From Dicyema japonicum (taxonomy: Eukaryota > Animalia > Dicyemida), in NCBI GenBank assembly GCA_011109175.1, contig RDEW01000020.1:614514-678513 (forward strand): a stretch of 64,000 nt of DNA, in the 5' to 3' direction. The position numbers and the translations under genes were made by a program. Below, one piece after another: positions 12,330 to 25,779 of this stretch. Numbering within the stretch: the stretch's first letter is position 1; every line of letters starts with the position of its first letter. Under the pieces are notes generated by a model. That model saw only the letters and a list, made by a program, of their open reading frames with translations. It was not told the DNA's origin and searched no databases.

Positions 12330-14560
12330 TACCACCGGTCCCTTCGAGCGAAGGAAATTGGTGGATAACAAGAGCTTAACTACCATAGATATACGTTCCC
12401 AGAGATCCGAAAGGTTGATCTCGTGCGGAGGAGAAACATAAAGTGGGCCAGGGAAAAAGAAAAAGTGAATTTTACGACGTAAAAGATTCAATAGCATTGA
12501 TGTTCGATGGAAGACTATTAAAAAACTTGTTTAATCATAATCTTCGGATCTCGTTTGTTGATACTCAGTCGTGGATATTTTTGAGTCGGGATGTAGTTTC
12601 CTCGGTTTCCGGAAAGGTGATTTATTCCCCAGAGTAGAAATTACTCTCCTTTTATTAGTGGAAAGCCAAAGGCAGTGAATGGTGGGCTTTTAACATTTTC
12701 CAAGAATTGCAGTCCGATCATTTAGGAAATGAAAGTATTTTAACTCTAACTGGAGATGATCAGTTTGAGTACTTTTTAGACAATCAGTAATTATTTTGAT
12801 GGCAGAGTTTTGGATTCTTGATTTGTAATTTACTGTCTTTATTATGTAATTACTCACGTATATGGTGGTAATAGTCTCGAAAGAGTCGAAAACTCCTATC
12901 CTGTAAGCATAGAGACGTGAATGCTGTTATAGTTTTCTCCTTTTTTGGTTACATTGAAGTATTATATTTTAAGTTAACATTCCGATTAACATTTCAGGCC
13001 TCTTGGAACAATTAAACCTTAAAATCTGCCTACTGTCTTTTTGAATGACAACTGTGAACATACATTTCTTTCCGCCGTCCTTTCCCCCTACTTGACTTGA
13101 TTATATTTAATGATTCATGTAAACACTAAGACCCCGTACGACCTGTGACTGTCCTATCTTACGGACATCTCATTTGTCGTTCCTTCCTTTGCAGTTGTCA
13201 TCTCTATGGGTGTTATGACTTACGTATTTAACATAACCTAAATATTTTTAGAATTTCACAAAATCTAAAGTTAATTCATACACAAAAATCAATCATGTTC
13301 TGCTTCACGTACTCAAACAACACCTTCATGGTTTCTGGATAAAGGATTATGTTCAATTATTCTCAGTGCTCCAAAAAAGCTCATTCCGATTAACCGTTCC
13401 AAATATCCCTCGCATTCTATTGGAAACACGGTCATCATCCAAACGATAAACAAACTAAGACATGAATAGACAGTCAATAGAAGTCTGAAAGGATTTTAAA
13501 ACTAAATTTAGAAATTACGAGGAACATCCAGGATACAATAAATAATGACGTAAAACCATTTTGAAAGAGCGCACTAAAATATAAACATTGATAATGAGGC
13601 TCATGATGTGTTCTCAACAAACATACAATATGACCCAAATCCAATGATCTTATGAAGTACTACGTGAACAACGACCAAAGATCTGGAAATTCGTTCATGT
13701 CATATAAGGAAGATTAAGCGTATAGAGTAATTTTCTTCGACCCGTAGATGTGTATTCAGCATCATGAGATAAATAACTCATCATCCTGGGGATATGACAA
13801 AATCTCCGTTCATGAACTGAAACACCTGAGACCATTCGTGACGGAGGCAAGAACTAAAATATTCAATCTATCGATAAAGGAAAACAAGATTTTGTTGATA
13901 ATGAAGAAATCCTTGATACATCCTATTCTGAAAAATCAAACCACCTTCTTCTATAAGCTGGTATCCATAATCTATGTGCTTGTGCTTTGGAAAAAGGTCT
14001 GTCACTCGTACTTTCTACTTTTCAATATGGTATCTGTGAAAGACACTCAACCACAACTCATTTGACCAAACAATTCATTTTCGACGGTCTATATATTATC
14101 AACCCACAGTAAAGAACTGTTTTGGTATTAGTTGATATAGAGAAGGTATTTGGTTCAGTCTCCCGGAATATCCTAACCACCAAATCTTCATGACGTAATA
14201 CACGTTATCTCATACAATGTTTAACGTGTTCCTTGCAGACCTAACCATTTCAGTTGGTCAAAACTATATCCTTTTGTCTTACGATGACTATCTCGTTATT
14301 GCAAGGAGACATCCAATTCCTAAGAGAGCGACACGTTCCATACAAGAGACATTAAACTTGTTGGTCTTTGGTTCTTGAAGAACTGCCTTAAAGTCTCATC
14401 ATGTAAATCACATGTAACAATGTTCACCTCTTCACAAAGAGACGATTAATCATTTTGAGTGAATCCCCGATCCTTTCATCCTAAAAGTCAGTCTTGATTC
14501 GCTTAACACATCAAGTAGACCTAATCAGGATCCACAATCACCCAAAGTCAATCTAAATTT
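12330..14560. mobile_element. Highly decayed I/Jockey-like LINE remnants (12330-12950 minus; ~13250-14560 plus)
   Basis: SSWGYDKISVHELKHL...IFNLSI...KKSLIHPILK, and VLVDIEKVFGSV near 14125, are RT-like; many stops. Confidence 0.55.
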
Positions 14561-14651
14561 AAGGGTTTCCAGTTGTATTGTGAAGAATGAGATAATGTCT
14601 TTGAGAAATGTAAGTGAAAGTGTGATTTATTAGAATCCAATTAAAATGTGG

Positions 14652-15853
14652 TTAGTAATTTGATAGTTGTTTTATTGATTGCCTAAGGTCATTCTCGATT
14701 GCTCGTGATGAGGCTAACTGAAATGATGACAAGGCAGAAAGGGCTGACTTGTAGTTGTCCTCACTTACTGATTGAAGTCTGTCTAGTTCTGAGAATAATC
14801 CCCATAAAGTACCATAATTCATATTGTGGTGTTGATAGTGAATAATGTTATCTGTTTTGTTGAGTTCATCATATTCTGGTTGTCCATAATATTGTTCCAA
14901 AATGAGATACTTTTGTGCACTGGCGTATTCGTAGTTTAAATAGATAATATTTGTAAACACTTGCTTCATGTTTTGGTTAGCTCTGCGTGTCTCCTCCTGA
15001 GAGTAAGTTAATGAATAACCTTGAGAGTCCATAAAGGGAGGGACAAGTCATTCCAGCCAAGTTCATCCAAATGAAGACAGAATCCAGCAATGGAATAGCA
15101 CATGTCTTAATAAATAATAGCACAAACTCTCGCATGCATAAATGACTACAGAATGTAGTAATAGCATATCTTTAATGTGTATACAATTATAATATATTCC
15201 TCTGAATTGATATTTATCAAAATCCTTCAATTAGTACTCACTAACATTATCAAGATATGACTCCACCAGTCCATCCATTTCTCTGTATAATGTATTCTTC
15301 TTACGTTTTACTACTCCCTTCAACTAACTCATTTACATTCAACACTACCAAATCTCTATATTCAAGGAATATTTTAAAGAAGGGGTCCTTCCTTAGAATA
15401 TTATTACCACTCAACTCATCCAAGTACCGCTGATGACTTTGTTTGCTCAACTCCATTTCGTAGGATTTATTTCTGTTTATAATTTCATATTACATTGACA
15501 GTTCTTCCTCAAACCTTTCCTGACTTTTAATTGACAATTTACTCAGGGATGACTGCATTGTAGTAAAGTGCTCGACATTCTCATCGGGTATTGGTTTTGG
15601 GGGAAGTTTGGGTAACTTCAATCAAATAAAACCATACTGATATTCCCAAATATTGTTTGTTGTCTCTAAGTTTATCATCCAGCCATGCAAAGTCCTTATA
15701 AATCCTAATAACAGTAAATGATGGACTTCTGAACTCTGGGTTATCAGTCTAACACATAATAGTAACCATAACTTCTATTCTTAACTGAAATCTCAACAAA
15801 TTCCCAAAAAACTTAATTCTATCAATTCTAATATTCAATGTGGTATTATCCAT
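14652..15853 (-). CDS. Sorting nexin 5/6/32-like (PX domain plus shortened BAR-like region), 7 introns of 21-25 nt
   Basis: Spliced LRFQLRIETDNPEFRSPSFTVIRIYKDFAWLDDKLRDNKQYLGISLPKLPPKP...HQRYLDELSGNNILRKDPFFKIFLE resembles the SNX5/6 PX domain with its helical insert. Confidence 0.75.
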
Positions 15854-16229
15854 TATTTTAAAAACATTAATTTTATTACTGCTTTAGATTACATTCCTCC
15901 ATAATTAAGACCATCTCTCCCAGGTGCCACAAGATATCATTCTCTTCTTATAAATAAGGTTTCCCTTATAGACTTTCACTCCTTCTCATCCAGACTAATC
16001 TCTATGTTTTTATCAAACTGAATCGACAGTTCCTCAAGATGGTTAGATGCATAGAGCATTATTGCCACATTCGGTTTAACGGGGGTCTTGTAAAAATTTA
16101 ATTTAATAATTTTTTACTTTATTAAAAAGAGTTTAGAAGCATTACAAAATTAATTTAATATCAATTGCTTCTATATAATTTTTGTATAATTTAAAAAACG
16201 TAATGATGGCTGTTGTTGAAATGAATATA

Positions 16230-17190
16230 TGACAAAACTACTTCAGAATTCTTTTATACTTCACGTGGAATTCCGCAAGGAGACTCTTTGTCACCAGTTC
16301 TATTCATAATCTACCTGGAGGCTGCACTGAGAGATTTCAGGCCTTTAATTGAGAACAACAAAATAATCGAGTTAATATATGCAGACGATCTTGACTTTGT
16401 TTCTGAAGATGTTGAAATTCTTCATCACGTTCTCAAGAACTCACCAAATGCCTTTTCTAAATGGTTCTTAGTTGTCAATCAAGACAAAACTGAATATACA
16501 AAACTTGTACGAGCTATACGCACTTACGATGAATCATGGAGAAGGCATAAAAAAGTTGGTTCATTACTTGGAGACTCAGAAGATGTTACCCACAGAAAAA
16601 TCCTTTCCACTGCTGCATATAAAAAATTCTTAACTATCTGGCGTTCTAAGAAGAGCATAACTACGAATACAAAGCTAAAATTGTATAAAATATTCGTGGT
16701 TCCAGTCCTGACATACAACTGTGGGACATGGGGGATTACGAAACGGGAAATGGACAATCTGGATCAATTTCATAGAAATCAACTAAGAAACATCTTGAGA
16801 ATACATTTCCCGAAAAAGATATCAAATTCAGAACTGTACAAAAGATGTGGCTTAAGGCCATTATCAGAGGAGATTCTCAAGGCTAGGTGGAGACTTTTTG
16901 GTCACATCTTACGAATGGATATGTTGACTCCACCAAACATTGCAATGGAGAACTATTTCGCACAACTGAAGGGATCATTCCGTGGCAGGCCTAGAGTGAC
17001 GTTGCCTTCAGTAATAAATGATGGCCTAATCCGAATAAACAAAACTCTACGAAATGGTGAAGATCTTGACTCACTACGAGCAATGGCCCGGAACAGGGGA
17101 ACATGGAAGAGGATGTGTGGGAGGATACTGGCACAAGGGGAACTTAATTAATCTAATTAATTTTTGATTTCCCGGGAGTGCTTAAAAAAA
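16230..17190 (+). mobile_element. Relatively young 5'-truncated RTE LINE (uninterrupted RT/C-terminal ORF of ~290 aa)
   Basis: GIPQGDSLSPVLF, YADD, YNCGTW, RWRLFGHILRM and GRPRVT. Ends GAGTGCTT followed by A8. Confidence 0.92.
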
Positions 17191-17319
17191 ATATGAAAAG
17201 TAATGACAACGTTAGTGTGGTGCCATGTGGTTACTTGAATTGAAGATTTTGTTTGTTTCTTCTGTTACTCCTCTTCCTTTTTGGTTCCAGAGAGCTTGAA
17301 TTGTTATTGTAGTCATGTG

Positions 17320-17515
17320 GTATACTATCTCTGGTGGGACCAGATATAATCCTCACTTATATCCAAAAGGGGCCATTAGTCAACTACCATCCAGAGAAGT
17401 TCCCCCAGGAAGGCACTTCTTTCAAGTCCGAGCATGCAAAGACTGCTGAGGGAGGCCGGGATCACCTGAATTTTTTTCATTCTGGCTATGACGGTGTTTT
17501 TCTGGTTCAATAATT
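17320..17515 (+). repeat. LINE 3'-end repeat, second copy at ~45810-46010
   Basis: Shared CCATTAGTCAAC...GGCACTT.TTTCAAGTCCGAGCATGC...GATCACCTGA...CGGTGTTTTTCTGGTTCAATAA. Confidence 0.8.
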
Positions 17516-17749
17516 TTAATTTAATAAACATCTCGATGACAATCAACGAACATCGAGTTGTTCCAGTCCCATCATGAATGTGATGGTTCGATGATTCGTA
17601 CTCAAGACAGCAATCAAAGAATTGAAGTTCTACGGGTAATTATATTATCCTCAAAGGCTAAAGATCAAAATCAGTCGAGTACGTTAGTGTTGGATTGTGC
17701 ACCACCTAGACTTGGGCATGTTCCTCTTGAAGGATGGTAAATTATACAC

Positions 17750-19302
17750 AATTTTCGTGCACTCAGACGGGCATAGAACTAAGTGGTTGTGTCACAGAAT
17801 AAGTTCTGAATTTAATTTACCAAAATAACCAAAACCTACAACCAAATTGACAAAATAATATGCCTGTATTAATGGATTGACAGCAACAATAAAATGGTCA
17901 TTGCTATACTCTCAGTAAAGAAGCATATAGCCTTGCAAAAAAGATAAGGGAATTATTAAAATACGCATAACCACATTCGAGACATTATAACCTGGACAGC
18001 TTAAAGAATGACACCAACTGTGTCTGTGTACAGGAAGTATTTTAATAAATGACTGAGGAACCTACCAATAAACTTATCCCCTCAAGAATCATGGGATCGA
18101 ATTCAGAAAATCATGCACACTGCGCCGACACATATTTAACAACCAAAATGATTTACTACCAGTGGAAGCAACCGTATTAAGCAGTTGACCAGTTTATCAA
18201 AGATTTTCTACATTGGGGGAGCAACTATTAAGTAAAAAATTAAGTAGGTCGTTAAACGGGAGTCAAAGAGGAGGGGGATAGATCGAATCAAACACAAGGC
18301 TAGCGTGAAAGACAACAAAAAGTTTAACGAAACTGCACGACTACTTTATGGTCGTTTGTATAAACCTCCAATAACTCGATGATAAGGATGGAAGACGTAT
18401 TGCTGATCAATATGAGGTAGTGGAAATCATAGGACACCATTTTAAAAAATATTTACATCGGATGTCTCCATTGATTTCTAAAAGGCTATATGAAGGAGAG
18501 AATTAACTCCCCAAGAAGTTCAACCAGGTAATAATGACAAGAGTCCTCTTCTATATGGACTTAAGGTGGAACTTTTTAAATACGGAACGTCTATTCGAGA
18601 ATATTGGGAGGATTCTGAACAACATGGTTAGACATAGAACTTTAGAAAGTTACTATAATGAATACAATAAAGGTGATGTCTAACAGGGAAACTGAAGGAT
18701 ATTTATAAGCATACCACTTCTGAAAGGGAAGATCTACGTCAGATGCTATATGGAGTCATAAATACAACTGTATAAAGATTTAAAACGGAGACAACTATCA
18801 TATTAATATAGACGAGCCTTAGATTCTGTAAGTCGACGAAACTACGCTTGTACACACGTTGTCTAGCCTGTACTGCTCTAAAACGTGAGTACATGGGAAT
18901 GCTAAGAGACAGACTCGTAAAAGTTGTATTCTTTCCACCGAACACAATTGAGACAAACGATATCGTTTCAAGAGTCTCAACAGAACTGTTTACGAGAGGA
19001 TGAAGTGTTGAAATCACTAAAGTTAGATGGAGGCTATTTGACACGTGGACCTGCATACCCCAGCTAATGTGGTCATGGAGGACTTATTCGCCTCTGACAA
19101 TCCCCGATTCATGAACGACCGATCGTCACCCTTCCTATGGTCCTCGTCGTGGACCTATAAAAGATTTGGAGACGTTTAAGAGAAGGATCTGGATGGACTA
19201 CGTGACTTATGACAGTGGCGAGTGTTGGAAGAAGACTCTTACTAGTTTATCTAGTTTCACATGCTTTGTCATTCCATGCAGGACAAAGTGCTTAATAATA
19301 AT
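17750..19302 (+). mobile_element. Decayed RTE LINE
   Basis: Residual VRWRLFDT motif near 19020 and the family tail AAAGTGCTTAATAATAAT at 19285-19302. Confidence 0.6.
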
Positions 19303-19698
19303 TTTCTCTAAATAATATCATGAGCTTAAAGATAAATAAATATGCATGTCTCGATCATTTTGAAAGAATAATGATAGGAGAAAAAGGAGCTGGCTCATTG
19401 AGCTCATTTCCTTGTAAATTGTCAGGGGAAATAAGCTCAATTATGAGAGCCAGTAGTTGTTAAATTAGTTTTTGCATCAAACCGTTTTTATTTAAAAATT
19501 CTCAATGGTTCATACATATGAGATACTAGTGATTTCGCACACACTAAGAGGGAAGGTCAGATCTCGTGCAATTATTGAGACCTATGATAACCAGGTTGTG
19601 AACCAGGTTGTCCCACATATCAGGGCCTATTATTAATGATGAGTCCCATATTGTTGCAAAGAAAAGTTTAGTGACACAAATATTTAACAAAAATAAAG

Positions 19699-20290
19699 TC
19701 AAATCAATTTTTTGAGTTTAAAGAACCGCTTAAAGTAAAGATATTGTGCCATAGTAAGTGCAGTCATAAAGATGAGAGCCAACACTGAGGAATAGAATAC
19801 AACATCAGCCGTCCTCTCTGTCATATAATACATATTCACTACCATTTGTGGACACTTGCTGTCTTTGTTTGTCAATCATCCTTTCGGAGTCTTCGGCTAT
19901 TTGAGACATCTCCTTCTCCAAGAAACCCAATACTCTATCCAAAGGAACACTGCATCCTCTTGCAGTTTATTAGTCTCCTCCACACTGGCATTGAATGAGA
20001 CATGTGATGTGTCCCCAATCATTCTGAAACACACATTCAGATAGTTATCATCGTGGGTTGTCACAGCAAACTCACTTTTACGGTTCCCTTGGTCTTTAAA
20101 CATCAACTGGAATTTGTTATCCTCAACAAAAATGTCAGCCTCAACATGTCCAGGTCTATCACGTGTTATACTGTACTTTCCTCACCAATCTGTTAGAGTG
20201 TGACTTTACAATAACACATCTTGTCTCATAAGCTTTCACGTCAAAGTTTAGGTTTAATACATTGTTTAATAATATAATTAAGTATAACAT
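19699..20290 (-). CDS. TMED10: p24/TMED10-like cargo receptor (GOLD domain), one 25-nt intron, two apparent deletions
   Basis: Signal peptide, RCVIVKSHSNRLV.GKYSI...FAVTTHDDNYLNVCF, STNERT, TM helix and C-terminal KRFFKLKKLI (TMED10 has RRFFKAKKLIE). Needs +2 nt at ~20181 and +1 nt at ~19948. Confidence 0.85.
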
Positions 20291-20291
20291 C

Positions 20292-20298
20292 AACACGT
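20292..20298 (-). promoter_or_regulatory. ACGTGTT motif 1 nt upstream of the TMED10 ATG
   Basis: The plus strand reads AACACGT next to CAT at 20288-20290. Confidence 0.5.
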
Positions 20299-20539
20299 CA
20301 CTATTATTTTTTAAATTTATTATTATTTTTATTAATTAGAATTTATTAACAATTAAAATATATGAAGGTCCTCACTTTATCCTCTGTCTCGCCCAATTTC
20401 TGACTCGGGAACGCCCAGTGTTTGGCCGGCATTCAAAAAGAATCTCTCTCTTCCCTTTTCCAGTGGAGGGGTTCCCATAATGGCGGATATGGATGAACGT
20501 GGTTCTTTGAAAGGATGAATCCAACTCCATTTGCGATAA

Positions 20540-21620
20540 TAGGTAAGACTTTTTTTAAATACATCCAGAGTTATTAAAAAATCTATAAAAATACAGAAAA
20601 TCGGACTCAGAGGGATAACTGGATGTTCAAATTAACCACTATTGATCTCCTTGAGGAAACAGAAATCCTTCACATTGCATACCATCTGGAAATGAGAGCC
20701 ATACAATTTCTCTCCAAACATACAATCCAGACCATACTAGTCATTCAGATTTTTAAGAAAATGAAAATCATCATATGACCTGTCTAGAATGTTCAATCCC
20801 GTCCTTCCCTCAAGACAGGGATCGTTTGTAGCAGTTACTGAGGTAACATAATCCACATTAAGGTTTCTTATATTATGACTATCTATTGATGGAAATAAAT
20901 TGCTATCACAAATTCTGACTATGATTACTCATAATCCACATAATACGGTGAGGATTCTTGTGTTACTCAAATAACCCGACAATCTATTTTATATGTGTTT
21001 GAAGAAAGACAAAGTGAAGAAATCTATTCAGAACTTCCATAAGTTTTCCAATATGTACCGAATCGGATGTGCGGTACATTTAAATGCCAAGTATTTCAAT
21101 AGATTTTTTATATTTTTGGCATAGGGCACAATACCATATGTGCCCCCACACTACATCGGCCTGCCTGTCCGAAATCCATTTTGCCCAGGGGATAGGAATT
21201 TGTTCACTGTTTTCTATCCGGTGTAATCCAATGAGAGATAGTGTTTAGCGTATGGCAGTTAGTAGAATAATTGTTCTAAGGTTACAAAGGGGACTTTTAG
21301 ATTTCCCGGGTTTTTGTAGAGGTATTAGCCACCCTTTCCCAGTTCCAGGCATTGTCTCCTGGAGAGACCGATTGAAAACATTGTTAATCATTTTGGCTAG
21401 CTCCTCCGGGGTATGTTTTAAAAGTTCTGCTGGGATATTCCGCAGATCTTTCGGTGTTCAGTTTTTTAATTGTTTGAAGAGTTTCCGAAATGCTTATTGG
21501 GTGCAATAGAGTTGATTTGTTAGGTTTCAGCATTGAGTAGTCAGTTTTACTGTGCATGTTGAATACAAGATCAAAGTGCTTTATTAACGTCCCCAATAAC
21601 AGTACGGGGAAGTTATCATG
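20540..21620 (-). mobile_element. Decayed RTE LINE
   Basis: Minus strand has PISISETLQTIKKLN, IPLQKPGKSKSPLCNLRTIILL, and GIVP-like RT motifs. Confidence 0.65.
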
Positions 21621-23189
21621 TACAGTTATTAAGGCCGAACACCTCCCTTATAACATACACTAAAGATTTAATTATTGCTAGCAGAACAAATACGTATATA
21701 TGGGAAAATCAGAACTTCAGTCACATCTAAACGACCTTGAGGATTAGCTGTCTTCGAACAATAAAAATATTCATATACCACAAAAGGATATGCTAGAAAT
21801 AGACTTTATGGAGATATTATTCAATTAAGATATCCAAGAATACTGGAAGAGACCTTTGACTCCTTGCTCTCTTTTTTCTAACATATGGAGAAGGGTCTCC
21901 GGAAACTCGACATAATTAAATAATTTCTTAATTTAGGTCACCCAACAGTCACAAGAATACGCTACCGTCTTATATAATCAGCTCTTAAAGCCGACTGTGG
22001 AGTACGTCTGTGCCTCCTGAGCTATGGAATTTCAATTTAGAACTTCTACACGATTAATTCCAAAATGCTTAACTAATTTTTCTTCCCAACTATTTCCCCC
22101 ATTACTTGATCACTAGCAATCCAGAACAATGGATCCGGTTTCATCACTCTATGCGGATCCAAATCCGATCGCTTCTATCAATCTGGTCAGAAGCCGCCAA
22201 TACACGTAAATTGAGGAAAAACTCACTCCTTTCCAAATTCTGATGAAAGAGGAGCGTCATGGATTCAGAAAAGCTGTGGATACTATGGAGGAGCACAGCA
22301 AAAACCTCTAAATCCTGTTGAGGTCTACTCAGATCACTTATATGATTTAACAACTTATTTCTTGGTGTTCCCCTTTGTGAGGTTTAATAATAATTAACCT
22401 TTGATATAATGATTAATCATGCAAATAAGCTATTTATCATATAAAGAAATAAGATGGTCAAACTGTGATTACCGGATCGTGATGTGTTGTAAATTCCCGA
22501 CAAAAATACTGGTGGTTCCGGGTACAAATCTCATCCATTCGGTTCCACCGATCTAGCTTCTGCATTGAGGAGTTACGCCGTCATCAGTGATTCATCACTA
22601 TGGAACGAAAAACATATTTGATGTCTTGGATTAATTAGCATGACTTTTCTTTACTTCTAGAATAAATTGTGTTGTCTAAAACAAGAAATTATGTGATCCC
22701 GGCGAATTTCGATAGAACTCTCAGCTTGGCCCGGTGGTCTGTGGTATTTTCGATAAGTACGCGTAGATAAATATTAAAGAATAAATTAATAAAAAAATAA
22801 TTAATAAAAATATAAACAAAGTAAAATCTCTATATTGTCACAATAAAATGTGACTTGAATTATTGATAACTAAGGATCCCCTATATACAACCACAGCACT
22901 TTTGATAATATTAGAATCATTTGAAATGCAATCGGAGTTAATTGAGGTCACCTAAATAAATGAATTTTTCTGTGTGTTAAAGCATTAAACAATAATGAGA
23001 TGTGTACATTCTGTGTTGGATTATGATAATTATGTGAACCTAACAACCCTGATGTTGTCTCGTAGGTAAATAAAGTGAGTTAATAAGAATATATTTTTGA
23101 CTATTTTCTCCATATTAAATTAGCATGATAATTATTATATACGTCACAACATTACATTTAACACTTAAACTACCGTCCTTGACCGCAAT

Positions 23190-25504
23190 ATGTCAAAGAA
23201 GGGGCTCTCTGCTAGTAATGAACTTAAACAAGCTCAGAGGATTATCAAAGAAAAGGACGAAGAGATTGCTAATTTAAAACGACAACTCAATAAACTCCAG
23301 TCTGTCCTCTCCTATGGGAATACTTGGCAAAACACTGATAACAACACCTCTCGAAACAAGAAGGCCGGCATTTCTGCAAAGACAATGGGGGAAACAGAAG
23401 TAACCGCCAAGAGAATATCAAAATCAGAAGAGTATGTTCATTAGTAACACAATAGGGACACTTGTCTAATACTAAACGCTCTCTCAGAAAATGACTTTTT
23501 TGTGAACCTCGAGTCCTCCGCCCTCAAACAGCTTGTGCCTTATATGTATTTGCGACACTTCTCTAAGGACTCTACAGTAATTCGTGAGGGAGAGTCAGGC
23601 AGTGAGTTTTTCATAATAAAAAGTACTGGGTCTATTAATTTAATAGGTGGGACTTTGGAAGTATTTGACTCATCGGGGACACGACTTGTGGTTTTGGGAA
23701 GTGGATGTGTGTTTGGTGAATTGGCCATTCTATATAACTGTGCGAGGACTGCCACAGTCAAATGTTGGTGGTTTATGAGATTGTTAGGCACTGAGGACTC
23801 TACTGTGTTTGTTATGAATCAATCTGTCTTCAAAAGCATAATGATTAGTGGACAAAAGAACATAACCTCTGCACGACTTCAATTTCTGTCGAGGTATTGT
23901 TTGTATGCATGTCAGTGTCCCTTTGTTCAAGGATGTCAAAAAAGAGAAACTCCTAATGATTTCTGATGCTCTGGAACAGGTAAATGTTAATTTTATTGTA
24001 GGAATCATACAAACAGGGAGATGTAATTGTTAGACAGGGGGAGATTGGGACTCACTTTTTCATAGTGGTACGTGGAAAGGTGTAGTAATGAGTGATTATT
24101 AGGTGGAAGTATTGCAGGAAGTGAACAATCAAATAAAGTCAATAAGGGAATTGAATAAAGGTGACTTTTTCGGAGAGCAGGCATTACTTAGGTAATGTTG
24201 GGGGGTTAGTTTGAAGCACAGAGAAAAGGACAGCGACAGTGGTAGCGGTGACAGAGGTGGAATGTTTGGTATTGGACAGAGAGTAAATATTATATTGATT
24301 GAGAACTCTTATATTGTACATTGGGGAGTTGGAAATGTTAAAGGCATACAAATATGATGACAAAGTGGTGGTAAGAGTGAGGGAGATTCCCCCCAGTTTG
24401 GTTGGAGTGGGAGTGAAGGACATGAAAATATTAAAAACTCTAGGATTGGGAGGATTCGGTCGTGTAGAACTGGTAGTAATAGACTAATAAAGGGAAGGTT
24501 CAAGTAGGGACAGAATCATTTGCATTAAAATGTCTATCAAAATGTCATATAGTAAACTCCCACCAAGAACAGCATATTATACAGGAGAAGGACATATTAT
24601 TGTCATGTAATAGTCCCCATATAATAAAGTGATCATATTATTACATTTAGATTGTTCACTACATTCAAAGACTCACGATATGTCTATTTACTAATGGAGG
24701 TCACTTTGGGAGGAGAACTATGGACTATATTACGAAACAAGTCACTCCTTTACTTAATTTAGGAAACGTTTCTCGGAGGAGACAGCCAGATTTTGTTTGG
24801 GATGTGTTATACTGGCCATTGAGTACCTACACTCTAATGGTATCGTCTACAGAGACATGAAGCCTGAAAACCTAATGATTGACTCACAGGGATACATTAA
24901 AATGGTTAATGTCCTCTTATTTTAGGTTGACTTTGGATTTGCTAAGAGACTTTCTAAAGGCTGTAAAACATGGACATTCTGTGGCACTCCTGAATATGTC
25001 GCCCCTGAAATAATCCTCAACAAGGGACATGACTTTGCTGTAGACTACTGGTCTTTGGGAATACTTATATTTGAGTTACTTACTGGAAGGTAATATTTAC
25101 TCACAACAGTCCCCCATTTGTTGGCAAAGAACCATTAGTCATATACAAACAGATCTTTAAAGGAGTCGCCTCCATCGACTATCCACGATATGTCGGCAAA
25201 CGAGCTCGTAGTTTCATGTCCTCAGTATGTAAACCCTCTCCTTTTGAACGTCTTGGATATGCTAAAAATAATATTGATGATATTAAAACACATCCGTATA
25301 TTCACTCTCACATTTCAGGCTATTTCAGGGATTTGACTGGCCAAGGCTCTCTTCTTTGAAACTTAAGAGTAGTTTAGTCCCCACTGTATTTATTCCTCTC
25401 ACTTTTAGATTAAATCTCCCACTGATACCAGAAATTTCGATAAATTTCCACCAAAACATGATTTACCCGATGAAGAGTTTTCTGGATGGGACTACGAATT
25501 CTGA
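23190..25504 (+). CDS. PRKG1: cGMP-dependent protein kinase (PKG), 15 introns of 20-25 nt
   Basis: N-terminal coiled coil and RNKKAGISA pseudosubstrate; two CNB domains ([30 protein letters not shown]); kinase motifs [39 protein letters not shown]; C-terminal SGWDYEF. Fully open after splicing. PRKG1 versus PRKG2 orthology is not resolved. Confidence 0.95.
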
Positions 25505-25779
25505 CTTTGTTTAAATAACAAATTTAATACTTTTTTCCCTCGATTATTAGTTATGCCGACTTGAGTACCTGGGAGATTGAAGGCAGACGTTTCCTACTGG
25601 TTAGTGAGGCTGGAGTAGAAAATTAACTAATTTGTCTTACTTTTTTTACTGAGGCCCAACTTGAAAAGGTTTTACTTAACCCACTAACCAGTGGGCCAAC
25701 CCCAATTAAGTACATCAAATTGTGGGGGAACTCGAGGCAGAGGAAATCTCTTGAAGAGTGGTAGGTTTTTTAAGGGATA

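Noticed and set aside
23190-25504. Ciliate-type stop-codon reassignment, suggested by fragmented ORFs and tiny introns
   Set aside because: All internal stops fall within GT-AG introns, and genes in the window end with TAA or TGA in the standard code.
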